A stretch of DNA of 64,000 nt from Pristiophorus japonicus (taxonomy: Eukaryota). The notes under the pieces are model-generated. The model did no database searches and was not told where the DNA came from. It worked only from the letters and a program-made list of their open reading frames with translations. Both the position numbers and the translations under genes were made by a program. The DNA is taken from positions 218,984,001 to 219,048,000 of the forward strand of contig NC_091982.1 in NCBI RefSeq assembly GCF_044704955.1. The letters run 5' to 3'. Positions 11,961-25,292 of this stretch are shown here, in pieces (within the stretch, counting starts at the first letter, position 1; each line of letters begins with the position of its first letter).

Positions 11961-13560
11961 GAACAGTTGGGGAACTATAAATGTCACCCATAACATTTCT
12001 ACAATTAGCAAAGGCTTTACACAAGAGTAAACAGATAGGGTAGCAAGTTGGGTTGATCTGGCACAGCTCCTTACAGCTATCTCCTTGGAAGACTGAGTGT
12101 GTATTTGAAGAGTTTTCACTGCAGTAGATAAAGTCTGTTCCTGCACAAGCTTCCCTTTGTAGCCAACACAGCAGATGCTTAGAGCAGTTTTTGGAGCAGC
12201 TCAACAGCCTGACCAAAACTCCCAAGTGTCATGACAACAGCTTTTTCTTTTAATGGCTCCATCTTGTTTATGCAACAGATGTTGCCAAACATTCAGATAA
12301 GTGGAGCATAGTACTCTGATATCAGTCTATAGATAGTACAACTAAGGACCAAGAGAAATTGCACATCTGATGTACTGCACTGCTGCTGGGATTGTACTAA
12401 TATTGACCTTGAACCCTGTTTCCCCTCGGCTCAGGTCTCTTGACTATCTTTTTACTCTCTCACAGTCCCTTCCTGCTGTCTACCCACAACATTGAAACAG
12501 GAGGTTGGAAGGATAAAAATGCCACTGAAATAGAATTTATTTAAATTTAAACCGCATTTTAAGATTTAAACTGCAGAATTTGGATCCAGGGACTGAAAAT
12601 TCAAATGAGGGACACCGAGAGTTGCAAATTACAAAATAATTAGTTCTCTTTTAAAAAAACATTGAATGAAACAAATTGTTTTGAAAGCTAATAAAGCTGA
12701 TGTGGGGATATCAACAACCTGCAGCATTATAAGTCTGAAAACGTAATTTTATTCATGACATCCTTAATATTGCGTTACCTTTCTTAGGGCTACCTTTACA
12801 GCTTGTCACAGGGTAAATTACCAGTTGTAATGTAGTGGTAATATTGGCCCTGTACTAACTGATGCTGATGTTTTCGCGCAAATCGGATTTTGATTCGAGT
12901 ACCATTGTGTACTATACATGATTTTTCCACTTTCCTTTCCGCAATGGAGTCTACAGCATTTGGCCACATAAACAATGGGGATTTAAATCTCCGATTACTG
13001 TTGTAGGTTATCTCAAATGTTTTACATACATTTATGATACATTTTAAGTTCTGTCCATCAAGTGTTATGCGATATTTGATAGGAAAATCAATTTAAGCAG
13101 GATTTTCTGCTTTGGTGAAATCCCAGTAGAGACTTTGCATCAATCAACAATTTCCTTTCAATTATGTATATAAATGTGTCCTGTTATAAGCAGATTATCT
13201 GAAAACCCTCTGTACATCAACACGTTTGTAATACTTCCAGTATTAAATGCGGTTGTGGGTCTGTGGGAAACACTGCCCTATACTTAATTGGGTTTCACCA
13301 TATGTTTTCAATTAACATAAATACTGCACTGTTTATGTGAATACTTCCTCTATTCCCTGTTTTTGGAAGTGTGTAAATGTTTTTCTCAAGGACAGATGAA
13401 AGGGTTGATTGTCATATTTGCACTTTCTAGACCCAACATTACAGTTATCATCTTTTGACATCTCTATACGACATGCGTTCCATACACTATATTCAGAGAT
13501 ACCTGTTCACACCTCCATTTAGCTGATATTTTTAATGGATCCAGTGTATTCTAGATTAAA

Positions 13561-14440
13561 GGGCCCAATTTTGGCCATGACTTGCTCCAATTTTTTTGGA
13601 GTAAGTTGGTTTTTCTGGTGTAAATTAAACGCCATTTGCCCCAATAAACTTGCTCCAGAGTAACTCAGTTAGGTACGTTTTTTTTAGTTGAGTTTTTTTT
13701 TTCAAAAGGGGGCGTTCCCAGCCACTTATGCCAGTTTTGGCTATTTATGTCACTTTGGCCAGCTAAAACTTACTCCAAATCGACTTAAGTCAGCGTATGT
13801 GGCCAGCTCTGAAAACATTGCGGGCAGTTAAGAATTTGGTGCAAGTTGATACATTTAAAGCACCAAGACTTACAAAGCACTAAACAAAGGTCAAAAAGTA
13901 ATAAGCAATCAATCAATAACAAATAAAAAATAGAAGTCCTACCTTTATACCAGAAATAAGTTTTTTTTAAAGTTCCCCCCCACCGACTTCAAAATTCTCC
14001 TCCTCCCCCGCACCCCCCCCCCCCCCCAAATCAAAACTTTCCTTATTAAACAAAGCACAACCATCAATAAATAAAAAATAAAACTCCAGTCCTACTTCGG
14101 CCGGGGAAGTCAGCAGGCCGGCCGGCCGGTGCGGGAGGCCACTCGGCCGGGGATAGGGGCTTCGAGCATCGGGTCCTGCTCACAGCCCGCAGGACTCACT
14201 GGGAGGACGAGGAGCATGTGCACAGACTCCACTGCGCATGCGTGCAGCTGCCGGCAGTGTTTTCTGCCCTTGGCTGTTGCGCCGCCCCCCCCACTGCACT
14301 ATGTACGCCACGCTAGGACACGGGAGACTCGGCAGGGCGAGCAGGATGGGGCCACATTTTTTCGCCGTCGTTTCTAGCGCGCAAAGTCGGCATATTTAGG
14401 GTAAGTGCACAGAAAAAAAGGGTTGGGGAAAGTTGGGTCC
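13561..14440. mobile_element. Harbinger-like MITE (~880 bp)
   Basis: TIRs GGGCCCAATTTT / AAAGTTGGGTCC, non-coding, CpG-rich. Confidence 0.72.
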
Positions 14441-15199
14441 ACAGAGAGAGAAAACTGGAATCTTATGGCCTCATTTACTGAACTGCTCCAAGTACAACCA
14501 CAGAAAGCCAACACTTTAGGTAGGTATCAGGTTTAAGAAGGCTGTGGCAATGTCTCCCTTACCACACAGTGTTGTTGCCAAAATGTGAACTGTTGTTGGC
14601 AGGAGTGCTGTAACATACAGGATCCTTTCAGTACTATTTTTTCCTGTTTTTATTGATTTATATTTATTACCTTCCAGTACCTCACCTATGTGCCAATTAT
14701 TTATGTCTGCGCCTTGACCATGCCGCATGCCATTTAGCCGAGAGGGAGCATCATAACCAAGGTCACTCCTGTCTTAACCCAACATCCATTGGATAGCAAT
14801 CAGAACCCTAACCAATTTCTCCCATCATCCATCATCCAGAGGCCAATTGTGGTGCTCCTACCACTGACTCAGTTACATCAGCTACCTGTAGAGCTCAGCT
14901 ATTCACCACATAAACTCATTAAGCTATTACGGGAATCTACTGCAGCTTTTCAAGCATGGCAATAAACTGTATTCAATTTGCAATGCAATAGAATTCCATT
15001 TCTATCAGACTTCTTGATAAGACGTGCATTTTGTTACAAATCAATGAATTTGGTTGCTACTTTAAAATCCCAACAATATTGTCACAGGGAAGGAACAGTT
15101 TGTTTCTCTTTGCTGTGCTGCTTAATGCCATAGTGATGGAAGTTAGTGCATATAAAGACATATGAAAGTCATTTTCAGCTCCACCACTGACACAGTTGA

Positions 15200-15530
15200 G
15201 AAATGAACTGAGCCACATCGACTGAGCAGTTCATTGTTGAGGTTGCTGATCTCAGGCAGGTTGGCAATGGGGCTGCTAAAATTGATCCAGGTTTCCTTGG
15301 GCTAGGGAAGGGAGAAAGAAAATCAGAAGGCCTCCGCTGAAAAGTGCATATTTGTTGAGGTCAGGTGAGGTCAGGACTGCACTCGGATGAGATGCCCTCT
15401 GTCAAGTAGCCTGCCGATGCTCACTGACTAGGTTCACACATAAAGAATTCCCATTGTGCAAGGCACTGTAGGGTGACTGACACCTACAGAACTACATACC
15501 AGCATAAAGCAGTATCTTCAGGAGAGGAAT
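15200..15530 (+). mobile_element. Ancient SINE copy (second family)
   Basis: GCTGATCTCAG, GGGCTAGGGAAGGGAGAAAGAAAATCAG and a CTTCAGGAGAGG end shared with other copies. Confidence 0.55.
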
Positions 15531-15669
15531 GGAAATCTATAGATTGAGAAAAGACACGTTGAAAATGTATTCAATGAATGTATAAGCACAGTGCTTCATT
15601 AGCATTCATAAACTATCCAACATTACTCCTGTGCACAGTAACATTCTATAGAAATATCATCTTACGTAG

Positions 15670-15930
15670 TGCTAAACCATATAGATGGGAAGTTCCCAGG
15701 TTCAATTCCTGGTTTGTGCTGATAAATCAAAACAGCTGGGAATTGGACTGTTACAATTAGGTAATGCGGATGGTGTACGGTCAGGCTCGGCCATGATGCA
15801 TTCCATGATTGAACAGCCTGCAGGTATTCCCTGGCTGGACTCATTTGAAGAATGGCCACTTGGATGAGGTAGTGGAGGGCTGCTAGCACCTGTGGAACTG
15901 CACTTCATTCCAACAAGAATTAGGTAGGGA
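15670..15930 (+). mobile_element. Ancient SINE copy (second family), internally deleted
   Basis: CCCAGGTTCAATTCC B-box-like head and an AAGAATGGCCACTTGG body. Confidence 0.5.
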
Positions 15931-17149
15931 AAATGGGGAACATTTGAAAGAAAAGTAAAACAAATAAAAATATTCAATAGTGAGTGTACTGGACATTGGA
16001 CACTTTCCTGACTTTTCTGAAAATATTAACAGTGATGCTGAACTGAAGTGTGTTTGTCAATAAAACTGTAGCTGCCAACCTCAGAACGGAATGTAATTTT
16101 ACTGGGAAAACTTCATGCTCGCATGCTTTGCACTGACATCTAATTGATTTCTCTTTGCCCCTTTCCATGTCCATCCCACTCCATCTGCATTCAAATGCTA
16201 TATACCACCATGGAATATCTAAGTATCTAAAAATGGGGCCTTTTGAAGCTGCACAAAAGTTGCTTTGCACTCATCCATAAGAAGATTTAAGCTCCAGATT
16301 CTAGTGAGAGAAAGCCCTCAAACATGATAAGAGTTATTTAAAACATCCTAATTTACTGAACCAGTCTCAAATAAAATTCCACAATATTTCTAAACAAAGA
16401 CAACAGCTTGCATTTATATATGGTCCAAGATACGCACACAGCTACCAGCAGGTTTATTTTCTAAAGGAACTCATTAATCAAGTTTTGGTAAAATTCAGAA
16501 GTTCTTGCAATTCGTCTTACAGTGGAATGTGTGTGACAAAGCTTTAAATGCGGCAGGTTTTTAAATATAAAGTATTGAGTGTCCAGAACCAATAAGTAAT
16601 GCCATAAAATGGAAGGACAAACATGCAAAAAAAGAATTGAAGAGGAGAGAAAAAGTCTAACAATTCATGAGAAAGTGCACACATTAGCCAGCTAGTGATG
16701 AATTTTCCTATCTTGGATACCTCCAATGAAATGCTAAACGGCAATTTATTTTTTAGCAGGGAACATATGAATAAATGCCAAAACCCATTTCATAAGCTCA
16801 TCGAGGGAAACCATAGTAGTAAGCATAACAGGGCCTCCATAGGTAAGGAATTTTGAGCACTTTCTCTGTTCAGATTTTTCTTTTGGAAAGGACCATCTTA
16901 ATAACAGATGATAAGATGACCGTAGAAGTACTGCAGATTTGTTTCTGTGTATATTAACCCAGGTTTTCCAAGACTTCACTAATGCCATGAAGATGAGGAA
17001 GAGCGAACATGAACAGAGATGATGTACAGGGAGATTAATATGGAACTCTGATCAAGTCGTGAACACCAATTTTATCTTCTCAAAGAACCTCCACACATGC
17101 CTGTGCTTCCTATTGCTGATGCTATAAGATGTACTTGTCCTACTATGCA

Positions 17150-17350
17150 ATTAAGGCTGTGACTGTGTTTCGTGAGTGGGGGAAGCAATTGTGACAGCAG
17201 GCTGAATTTGGGTGGTATGGCCTTGTGAGGATGATTGTGGCTTTGAACTTCTGGATGTGGAGACATATGATCTCCCTTAAACTGCAGGAACCATGTGCAA
17301 TATCTAAGTAGCTGCCAGCACTTGCTGCTCTCAGTGACTTCCTCAATGCT
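17150..17350 (+). pseudogene. Highly decayed Harbinger transposase fragment
   Basis: The readings VRMIVALNFW and TAGTMCNI resemble the Harbinger VKVTVALNF..GSFQ..GD.C.IS segment. It converges on the adjacent Myb/SANT relic. Confidence 0.35.
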
Positions 17351-17599
17351 ATCAGAGACCAGGCTGGAGTGGGAGGAGGTGCAGCCACATTGGGAGGAAA
17401 CTGCATTATCAGATTCCTCTTCCTGCTACACCCCTGGGACTAGGAATCCCAGCTGAATGACTCATGAATATGCCTGAGAGCAATTGTAGTATGTCTCCAA
17501 TCTTTTCAACCAATTGCCTGGCTGTGACAGATTCTTGTGGCCGGGTACCCAAGCTCTCAATGGCACCAGCCACAGCATTCGTGAGAGAGTACTACTCAA

Positions 17600-18960
17600 T
17601 GCTTCCTACTGCTTTGGGACCCCCCTGCAGAGGTATGTGAAGATGTCACTTGTTCCATGGTATTCTGCACTCTGTAACCTCGGTCCACAGAATTGCAATG
17701 ATATTTGAGGTGCACCTGCTTTGCCAGGTCTTGCAGACAACTCATAGCTGCCTCAAAGATTGTAGCAAATGCGTTTTGCTCCTGCATTAAGTCTCATTTG
17801 AACTCAGGCTCCGTAGGATGCCAATTCGTTGCCCATACAGTTGACATGCAGTATGGGCTTGCAGTTTGCCCAGATCTTGCTTCTTCTTCTCCTACCACCT
17901 CCACTTGTTCCTTTTGATTTGTGAATTATCATTCACCAAGTGTCCCTTTCTCAAACTCACTGAGTACATGTTCCAGGTTACAAGTATTTGTGCTGATGCT
18001 GTGAGTGGAGGAGTACTGTGATGTGCAATGGCCTGCAGAACCATCTCATCTTGCCTCATCTTGAAAGAAATCTATAAGAAGAGAAAAGAAAACTGAGTTG
18101 CAATACATTCCCAAGAAAATGCCTTCAAAGAAAGACAAGATCATAAAACATTTTGTGCATCATGCTGCTGATTAGTTAGTAAAGCTCCTGTTGTTAAGAT
18201 TAAAGAAAAAAGCTAGGATATGAAGGATCATAACAAGTGGAGGATACTTGCTGAATGGTGGCACTATGCTTCCAACCTTGCCTCTGCCAAGCCTTCTACA
18301 GCTTTTCTGTTGAAAAAGGCAAGGGCTATTACCTTATGTGGTGTGAGCTGCTTAATGGCTTGTCCCCCACCTGTCCTCATCCTTTCCCTGTAGTTGTGTG
18401 CAGCCTTAACCGGCAAGCAGAACACGATAAAAGAGATGATAGGAACATGCTGAACTCCCAAACAGATGACAGTTTGCCCAGACATTCCCCCAATGAGGCA
18501 ACTACAGCCAGAAACCTATGCAAGCAGAACAAGAACTGCTATGGTCAAGGGATTACTATGCCCCACTACAACTGTGCCCTCCATGCTCTGTTTTATGCAA
18601 GAGTGCATCAACATTCTCCGCGTGCTCTCTACCTTAAGGTGCAGAAGTGTAACCCATCCATTTGAATCAAGAAGCATAAATGTATTTACCTTGGCATTTA
18701 CTTTGGCACTTATCCAGATATTCGAAAATTTCCTTTTCATTTGCTTCCAGGTACAATGGACGTAGGAAGCTGAATTCAATCTTTCTGCCATCACCCTGCC
18801 ACCGCCCCCGCCCCCCCCACCCCCTCCATGCAGCTTGCACCTCAGTCTTCACAGGAGGGTAGTCTTCTGCTCCAAAAATAGGTACCTTCCTTTGCCACAC
18901 CTCCTGCAGAAGGACATCCAAGGTGTTGTAAGTGAATGGGGCAGTTTTTCCCACGTTGCT
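17600..18960 (-). pseudogene. Harbinger Myb/SANT-like DNA-binding gene relic (3 exons)
   Basis: Exon 1: APFTYNTLDVLLQEVWQRK...AAW then, after a frameshift, MAERLNSAS..CTWKQMKRKFSNI, followed by a GT donor near 18689. Exon 2: KAAHNYRERMRTGGGQ..LT. The exon 3 acceptor TCTTCTTATAG is near 18073. Confidence 0.75.
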
Positions 18961-19619
18961 CCTCGTACCTAGATCCTCACACACTAAACGGTTTTCTTGC
19001 AGAGTCAAAAGTTATCTCCCCTTTATGGACCAGTAGCCTTGAAGAACTACTGGCTGGCCATATTTTGCAACTCCCTACATATTTTTCATACAAAGGGGTT
19101 TATTCTAATGAAAGCCACATCACAAGTGTGTGCAGCCCTGATCTTGCTGCTACTGTATTGGAAAATCGGATTACAGTGTAGTGTTTCATTCATCTGCAAT
19201 ACTTGCGCAGGAACTGAATCTGGGAATTACTGAAAGCAATTATTAATTTGTGCTTACTGCTCCAATATTCCGGGCTACACCACTGTTTCCTCCATTTCTT
19301 CCTCTCGTCCTCTGGTACTGCTGTGCCATGGATCGCCTCCCGGTGCATACTCACTCCTCTTTATATTACAAAATTATGCAGCAGTCTGTGTTTATTTTGG
19401 ACACCTTTATGATGCTATAACAGAGCACTCCACATGAATGATCCAGATGACACATTCTTTTCTTTGGCGTTCCAATGGTGTGCTCTATAGTAATTCTGAT
19501 TGAGGCTTGAGCGACATTGTATTTACATTGCACTGCCTTAGAAGGTTTCTCTGTGGGTTCATCAGCTGCAGGGGATAGCCCTGACTAGAATAGTGATTTC
19601 TTAAAAAATATTAGTACAT

Positions 19620-19870
19620 CTCCCATGACGTAGCTTGCGGATCAAAAGCATGCAGGAGGCGAATTGAGTAACATCCATAGCATTATTCAAAGAAGAAATT
19701 GGAGTTCTCCTGGCGTACTAGCCAATATTACCTCAACTAACACCACCCAATAAAATATTAACAGTTCATTCATCTCATTGTGGGACTTTTTACTGCACAA
19801 TAGCTGCTTTATTTGCCTCTAATAGCAATTTATTATATGGAAAGTTTCAGATGTACCACATAGATGCAAG
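19620..19870 (+). mobile_element. Very degenerate Deu-type SINE fragment
   Basis: GAGTTCTCCTGG..GCCAATAT..CATCTCATTGTGGGAC similarity to the other copies. Confidence 0.4.
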
Positions 19871-20767
19871 TTGAGTAAAAATCTAAGCAAAAAAGATACA
19901 GTGATGGTGACCCGAGAATAAAGACTTGTTGGTTATATCACTTCATGTGAATAATCTAGGCTATAAACATCAACCACATATAACATTTGAATTTGATAAG
20001 AAACAAAATTATATTTTCTCAAGCAACTCAGCTTCATAAACTAGTGTACCTTTGTCTTGAATATATATCTGACACGTAAGGTTTCGTTTCACAGAATTAA
20101 CTGTGACATTTAAATGGGGATACATTTGGCAATGTTCCTCAATGCCCCAGCCATATATTTATATATACTAAGGCATTCTAAAGAAAATTGAGAATTGCAA
20201 TCCTCTATTATTGTTATGTCTGATGTGAAATTGCTACCAAGGGCCTCTGAGGATTGCAGACAACTTATTTGTTGTCAACAGTACACAAACAGAATATGCT
20301 TGAGGCAAGTTTTAATGCCTAGGGCCTAGATTTTACACTTTTGTGCAGATCGCCCAGAAATGGGCGTTATTTCCGACGTGGGTGGTAAAAATGGGTTTTC
20401 AGATCGTCGACTTCTCGCCCATTCTCAAAGCCCCTAGTCTCCATTTTTGAAATTGGCCGTTATCGCGAGCGATATGAAATGGGCGGTAGCGTTAAATCTC
20501 TCTGACCTTCTGCCATAAAGTGTTGCCGTCTTTAGCAACGGCATGGCAACGCTTGATTCCCGTGATTCAGGAGGTCAAGGGTCATCATGACATGCGCAGA
20601 AGAGGAGACAGATAGAGAGGGAGCTGAGAGGGAGTGAAGGCGTGTGTGGGTGTGGGTGTGGTGTGGCTGCTTTTGGAGGAAGGAGGGAGAGTTTCGAGCT
20701 TTAAGCAAATTAGGAAAAAAAAATTAGCTGTTACCAGTCAGATATTTGCCCGAATTTGGTGCCTATA

Positions 20768-23700
20768 ATGGAGGGAGAAGAGGAGACGACACAGCATGCT
20801 GTGGAGACTGACGCTGGCGAGACCAGTGAGCTGGGAGAGGAGCACATTGGAGGGCGCAAAAGAGCGAGGAGGTTCTCGGACGAGGCAAATGCCTCCCTCC
20901 TGCAGGAGGTCGAGTTACGCTCGGGTGATTTGACCCAGGGAGGGTGTGGGAAGCCCACCCCAAAGGCCAGAAGATATGGGCCGAGATAGCAGAGGTGGTC
21001 TCATCGGCGAGCAACGAGGTGCGTGAGGGCAACCAATGCCGCAAACGGTGGAACGACCTTTATGGATCTGCAAGAGTAAGTATTACATTTATTTACATGT
21101 ACTTATGTATTTATATAATTTGATTTGTAAGGGTCATGAGTGACTATCATCAGACATTTAGAGACCGCATGGATGAACTACAACAATTGTACATTCCTGT
21201 CTGGTGTAAAAATAAAAAAGGGAAGGTGGCTCAACCGTGGCTATCAAGGGAAATCAGGGATAGCATTAAAGCCAAGGAAGTGGCATACAAATTGGCCAGA
21301 AATAGCAGCGAACCCGGGGACTGGGAGAAATTTAGAACTCAGCAGAGGAGGACAAAGGGTTTGATTAGGGCAGGGAAAATGGAGTACGAGAAGAAGCTTG
21401 CAGGGAACATTAAGACGGATTGCAAAAGTTTCTATAGATATGTAAAGAGAAAAAGGTTAGTAAAGACAAACGTAGGTCCCCTGCAGTCAGAATCAGGGGA
21501 AGTCATAACGGGGAACAAAGAAATGGCGGACCAATTGAACAAGTACTTTGGTTCGGTATTCACTGAGGAGCACACAGACAACCTTCCGGATATAAAAGGG
21601 GTTGGAGGGTCTAGTAAGGAGGAGGAACTGAGGGAAATCCTTATTAGTCGGGAAATTGTGTTGGGGAAATTGATGGGATTGAAGGCCGATAAATCCCCAG
21701 GGCCTGATGGACTGCATCCCAGAGTACTTAAGGAGGTGGCCTTGGAAATAGTGGATGCATTGACAGTCATTTTCCAACATTCCATTGACTCTGGATCAGT
21801 TCCTATGGAGTGGAGCATAGCCAATGTAACCCCACTTTTTAAAAAAGGAGGGAGAGAGAAAACAGGGAATTATAGACCGGTCAGCCTGACATCGGTCGTG
21901 GGTAAAATGATGGAATCAATTATTAAGGATGTCATAGCAGTGCATTTGGAAAGAGGTAATATGATAGGTCCAAGTCAGCATGGATTTGTGAAAGGGAAAT
22001 CATGCTTGACAAATCTTCTGGAATTTTTTGAGGATGTTTCCAGTAGAGTGGACAAGGGAGAACCAGTTGATGTGGTATATTTGGACTTTCAGAAGGCTGT
22101 CGACAAGGTCCCACACAAGAGATTAATGTGCAAAGTTAAAGCACATGGGATTGGGGGTAGTGTGCTGACATGGATTGAGAACTGGTTGTCAGACAGGAAG
22201 CAAAGAGTAGGAGTAAATGGGTACTTTTCAGAATGGCAGGCAGTGACTAGTGGGGTACCGCAAGGTTCTGTGCTGGGGCCCCAGCTGTTTACACTGTACA
22301 TTAATGATTTAGACGAGGGGATTAAATGTAGTATCTCCAAATTTGCGGATGACACTAAGTTGGGTGGCAGTGTGAGCTGCGAGGAGGATGCTATGAGGCT
22401 GCAGAGCGACTTGGATAGGTTAGGTGAGTGGGCAAATGTATGGCAGATGAAGTATAATGTGGATAAATGTGAGGTTATCCACATTGGTGGTAAAAACAGA
22501 GAGACAGACTATTATCTGAATGGTGACAGATTAAGAAAAGGGGAGGTGCAAAGAGACCTGGGTGTCATGGTACATCAGTCATTGAAGGTTGGCATGCAGG
22601 TACAGCAGGCGGTTAAGAAAGCAAATGGCATGTTGGCCTTCATTGCGAGGGTATTTGAGTACAGGGGCAGGGAGGTGTTGCTACAATTGTACAGGGCCTT
22701 GGTGAGGCCACACCTGGAGTATTGTGTACAGTTTTGGTCTCCTAACCTGAGGAAGGACATTCTTGCTATTGAGGGAGTGCAGCGAAGGTTCACCAGACTG
22801 ATTCCCGGGATGGCGGGACTGACCTATCAAGAAAGACTGGATCAACTGGGCTTGTATTCACTGGAGTTCAGAAGAATGAGAGGGGACCTCATAGAAACGT
22901 TTAAAATTCTGACGGGGTTAGACAGGTTAGATGCAGGAAGAATGTTCCCAATGTTGGGGAAGTCCAGAACCAGGGGTCACAGTCTAAGGATAAGGGGGAA
23001 GCCATTTAGGACCGAGATGAGGAGGAATTTCTTCACCCAGAGAGTGGTGAACCTGTGGAATTCTCTACCACAGAAAGTTGTTGAGGCCAATTCACTAAAT
23101 ATATTCAAAAAGGAGTTAGATGGGGAATCAAGGGGTATGGTGAGAAATCAGGAATGGGGTACTGAAATTGCATGTTCAGCCATGAACTCATTGAATGGCA
23201 GTGCAGGCTAGAAGGGCCGAATGGCCTACTCCTGCACCTATTTTCTATGTTTCTATGTTTCTATGTTTCTATGTGAGGTCTTTCACTTTTACCGGGAATG
23301 TTGTACTCAAAGCCTACGGTCACGGTGCACGTCTTTAGGTAAAGAATGATAATTATCATAATAATCATGATTACATCTGTCAGTTTAGTGTTGTATCAGT
23401 GTCTGTTACAGTACCTAGCAATGATATCACACAATGATCTCATGCCATGTCATCCTGTTACCTTTTACAGAAGAAGCTATCGGTGATGAGGTCCGTGCAG
23501 AGGCGAAAGGGTGAGGGGCCACCAGTTCCCAACGACATCACTGAGATGTAGGAGCGGGTGCTTACACTCGTGGGGAAACACTCCCCGATGGCCACGGATG
23601 CATCTTCAGAACCTGAAGTGAAGCGACGTGAGTAAAGTTTACACCATTGCGTGATGTAAAGCCAATCGATGCCGCACCCACTGATATCCGAACAATCATA

Positions 23701-24671
23701 TATGATAGATGATTTCTAAAATTATCCTATAAATAATGCTGGCCTAATGAAAATCATTGCAATGCAGAATGTGTTGATGGTCATGAAATGTGATGTCTGT
23801 GATGATTTTGAGATTTTGATAGCGGTGGTGCTTTTGTCGTGCATATGTTGTGTGTAGCGCTGGAATCACCTTGTGAACCTAGCACCCTCTTCTCCTCTAA
23901 TAACTTCATTTGTGTTTTGCAGCTCAGCCAGCAGCACAGCCCCAGGCAAGACCACAGAGGCCAGAAAGTGGGGGCACGGGGCCGGACTCTCCGGATGATC
24001 CTACATCTGCTGAGGAGCTCCGATTCTCACCCGTCAATCTGCTGGGTCTGTTCTCTACGGATGAGAACGTGGACTTCGAGGAACCTGCATCGCCACACCC
24101 CAGAAGTCATTCCACCCTAAGGCCATCTAGTGCTTGTCCGTTCATTCCCGCCTCCATTCTGGAGGTACTGGCCCCAAGCACCTCGCCACAGTGCACCCCA
24201 TTTGTCCCCAGGATGGCGCCGACCCCGCGGAGGTTTCGTGGACGCAGCAGGTTTGGTCCACGAATGCCAGATGAGAGTGGAGAGATGGTACAGTTGTCCA
24301 GGAGGACTGTAGACATTGGTGACCAGATCCTCGATGCAGTGGGGGGCATATCCCGACAGCTGGCCACCACGACTGAGTACGTTCTACGAATAGCAGAGTG
24401 CCTGGAGGCGATAGCCAGGAACACTGCTGGCACAGGCCTCCCAGTGGTCCCGGAGCGTGGCACTCCTCCCCTAGGTTCCGCACCACCACTGCGAGCAACA
24501 GATGAGAGGCAGGACCAACATCCTGCTTCTGCATCAGAGAATGTTCCCCCCTCGGCATCCCCCACTCCCGTACCTGTCCAACCACCGCCTCTGCCTTCAT
24601 CCCCCACCAATGAGGCACCGCCTGAGGAGCTCCTCGGCCAGGCACCGTGGAGCGAGGAGGGGAAGGGGTAG
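20768..24671 (+). pseudogene. Harbinger Myb/SANT-like gene; exons 20768-21075, 23471-23627, 23923-24671
   Basis: RKRARRFSDEANASLLQEV..., a frameshift, then KIWAEIAEVVS..GNQCRKRWNDL. The GTAAGT/TACAG and GTGAGT/TGCAG junctions keep frame into ORF 23910-24671. One stop lies in exon 2. Confidence 0.88.
21151..23273 (+). mobile_element. Young 5'-truncated CR1 LINE with an open RT frame (ORF 21136-23211), in Myb intron 1
   Basis: 691-aa ORF with complete RT motifs (YLDFQKA, PQGSVLGP, FADD) and a repeated TTTCTATG tail. Confidence 0.96.
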
Positions 24672-25292
24672 AGGTGGGGAGAAGGGGAGGGGGGAAGGAA
24701 AATGAGGTGCATGTCCACAGGTGATGGCTGTGTTATAGCTCCATCTGGGTATATGCAATTTGTTGTACTGTATGGGGGGAGGGGGGCACCCTCCTGCTTT
24801 GCATTTGTATTCTGATTTGCTGGACATGTTGACCATTTGATTGATGTCAATGGTTGAAAAAGTGGGGTGGGGCGGGGGTGGGGTGCTTTTGGCTGTTATA
24901 CTTATGATTTCAGACCAATATTGGTGTAAAAAATGTTTTTATTCAACATAACCTTGTTGCGCATTGTCTCAGATAGCTGGACCGTTACACACTGGTGATT
25001 CCTTAACATGAATGAAGTTAAGTTTTATTTAACCCTATCAACTTAAACTTTAATTGGCACCAAGGTGATGCCTACCATTGATGTCTGAACTGCACACACA
25101 CAGCAGTGTGTCAGCGTTGTCACACAGCAACGTTATTTCAGGCAAATCGTTCAGTTATGAGTTCCTGACCTAAGAATCTTGCAGCTATGTAGCCACCACT
25201 GGCCTTTTCTTGCAGTCTGAAGGGGGGCATGGGCAAGGTTGCATAGCCAGCCTGATTGTCTGGCCCTAGATCAGCGTCCAGCCCCTCGGCCT

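Noticed and set aside
24107-24850. 247-aa minus-strand ORF as a separate gene
   Set aside because: It is the antisense shadow of GC-rich Myb exon 3 and has no recognisable domain.
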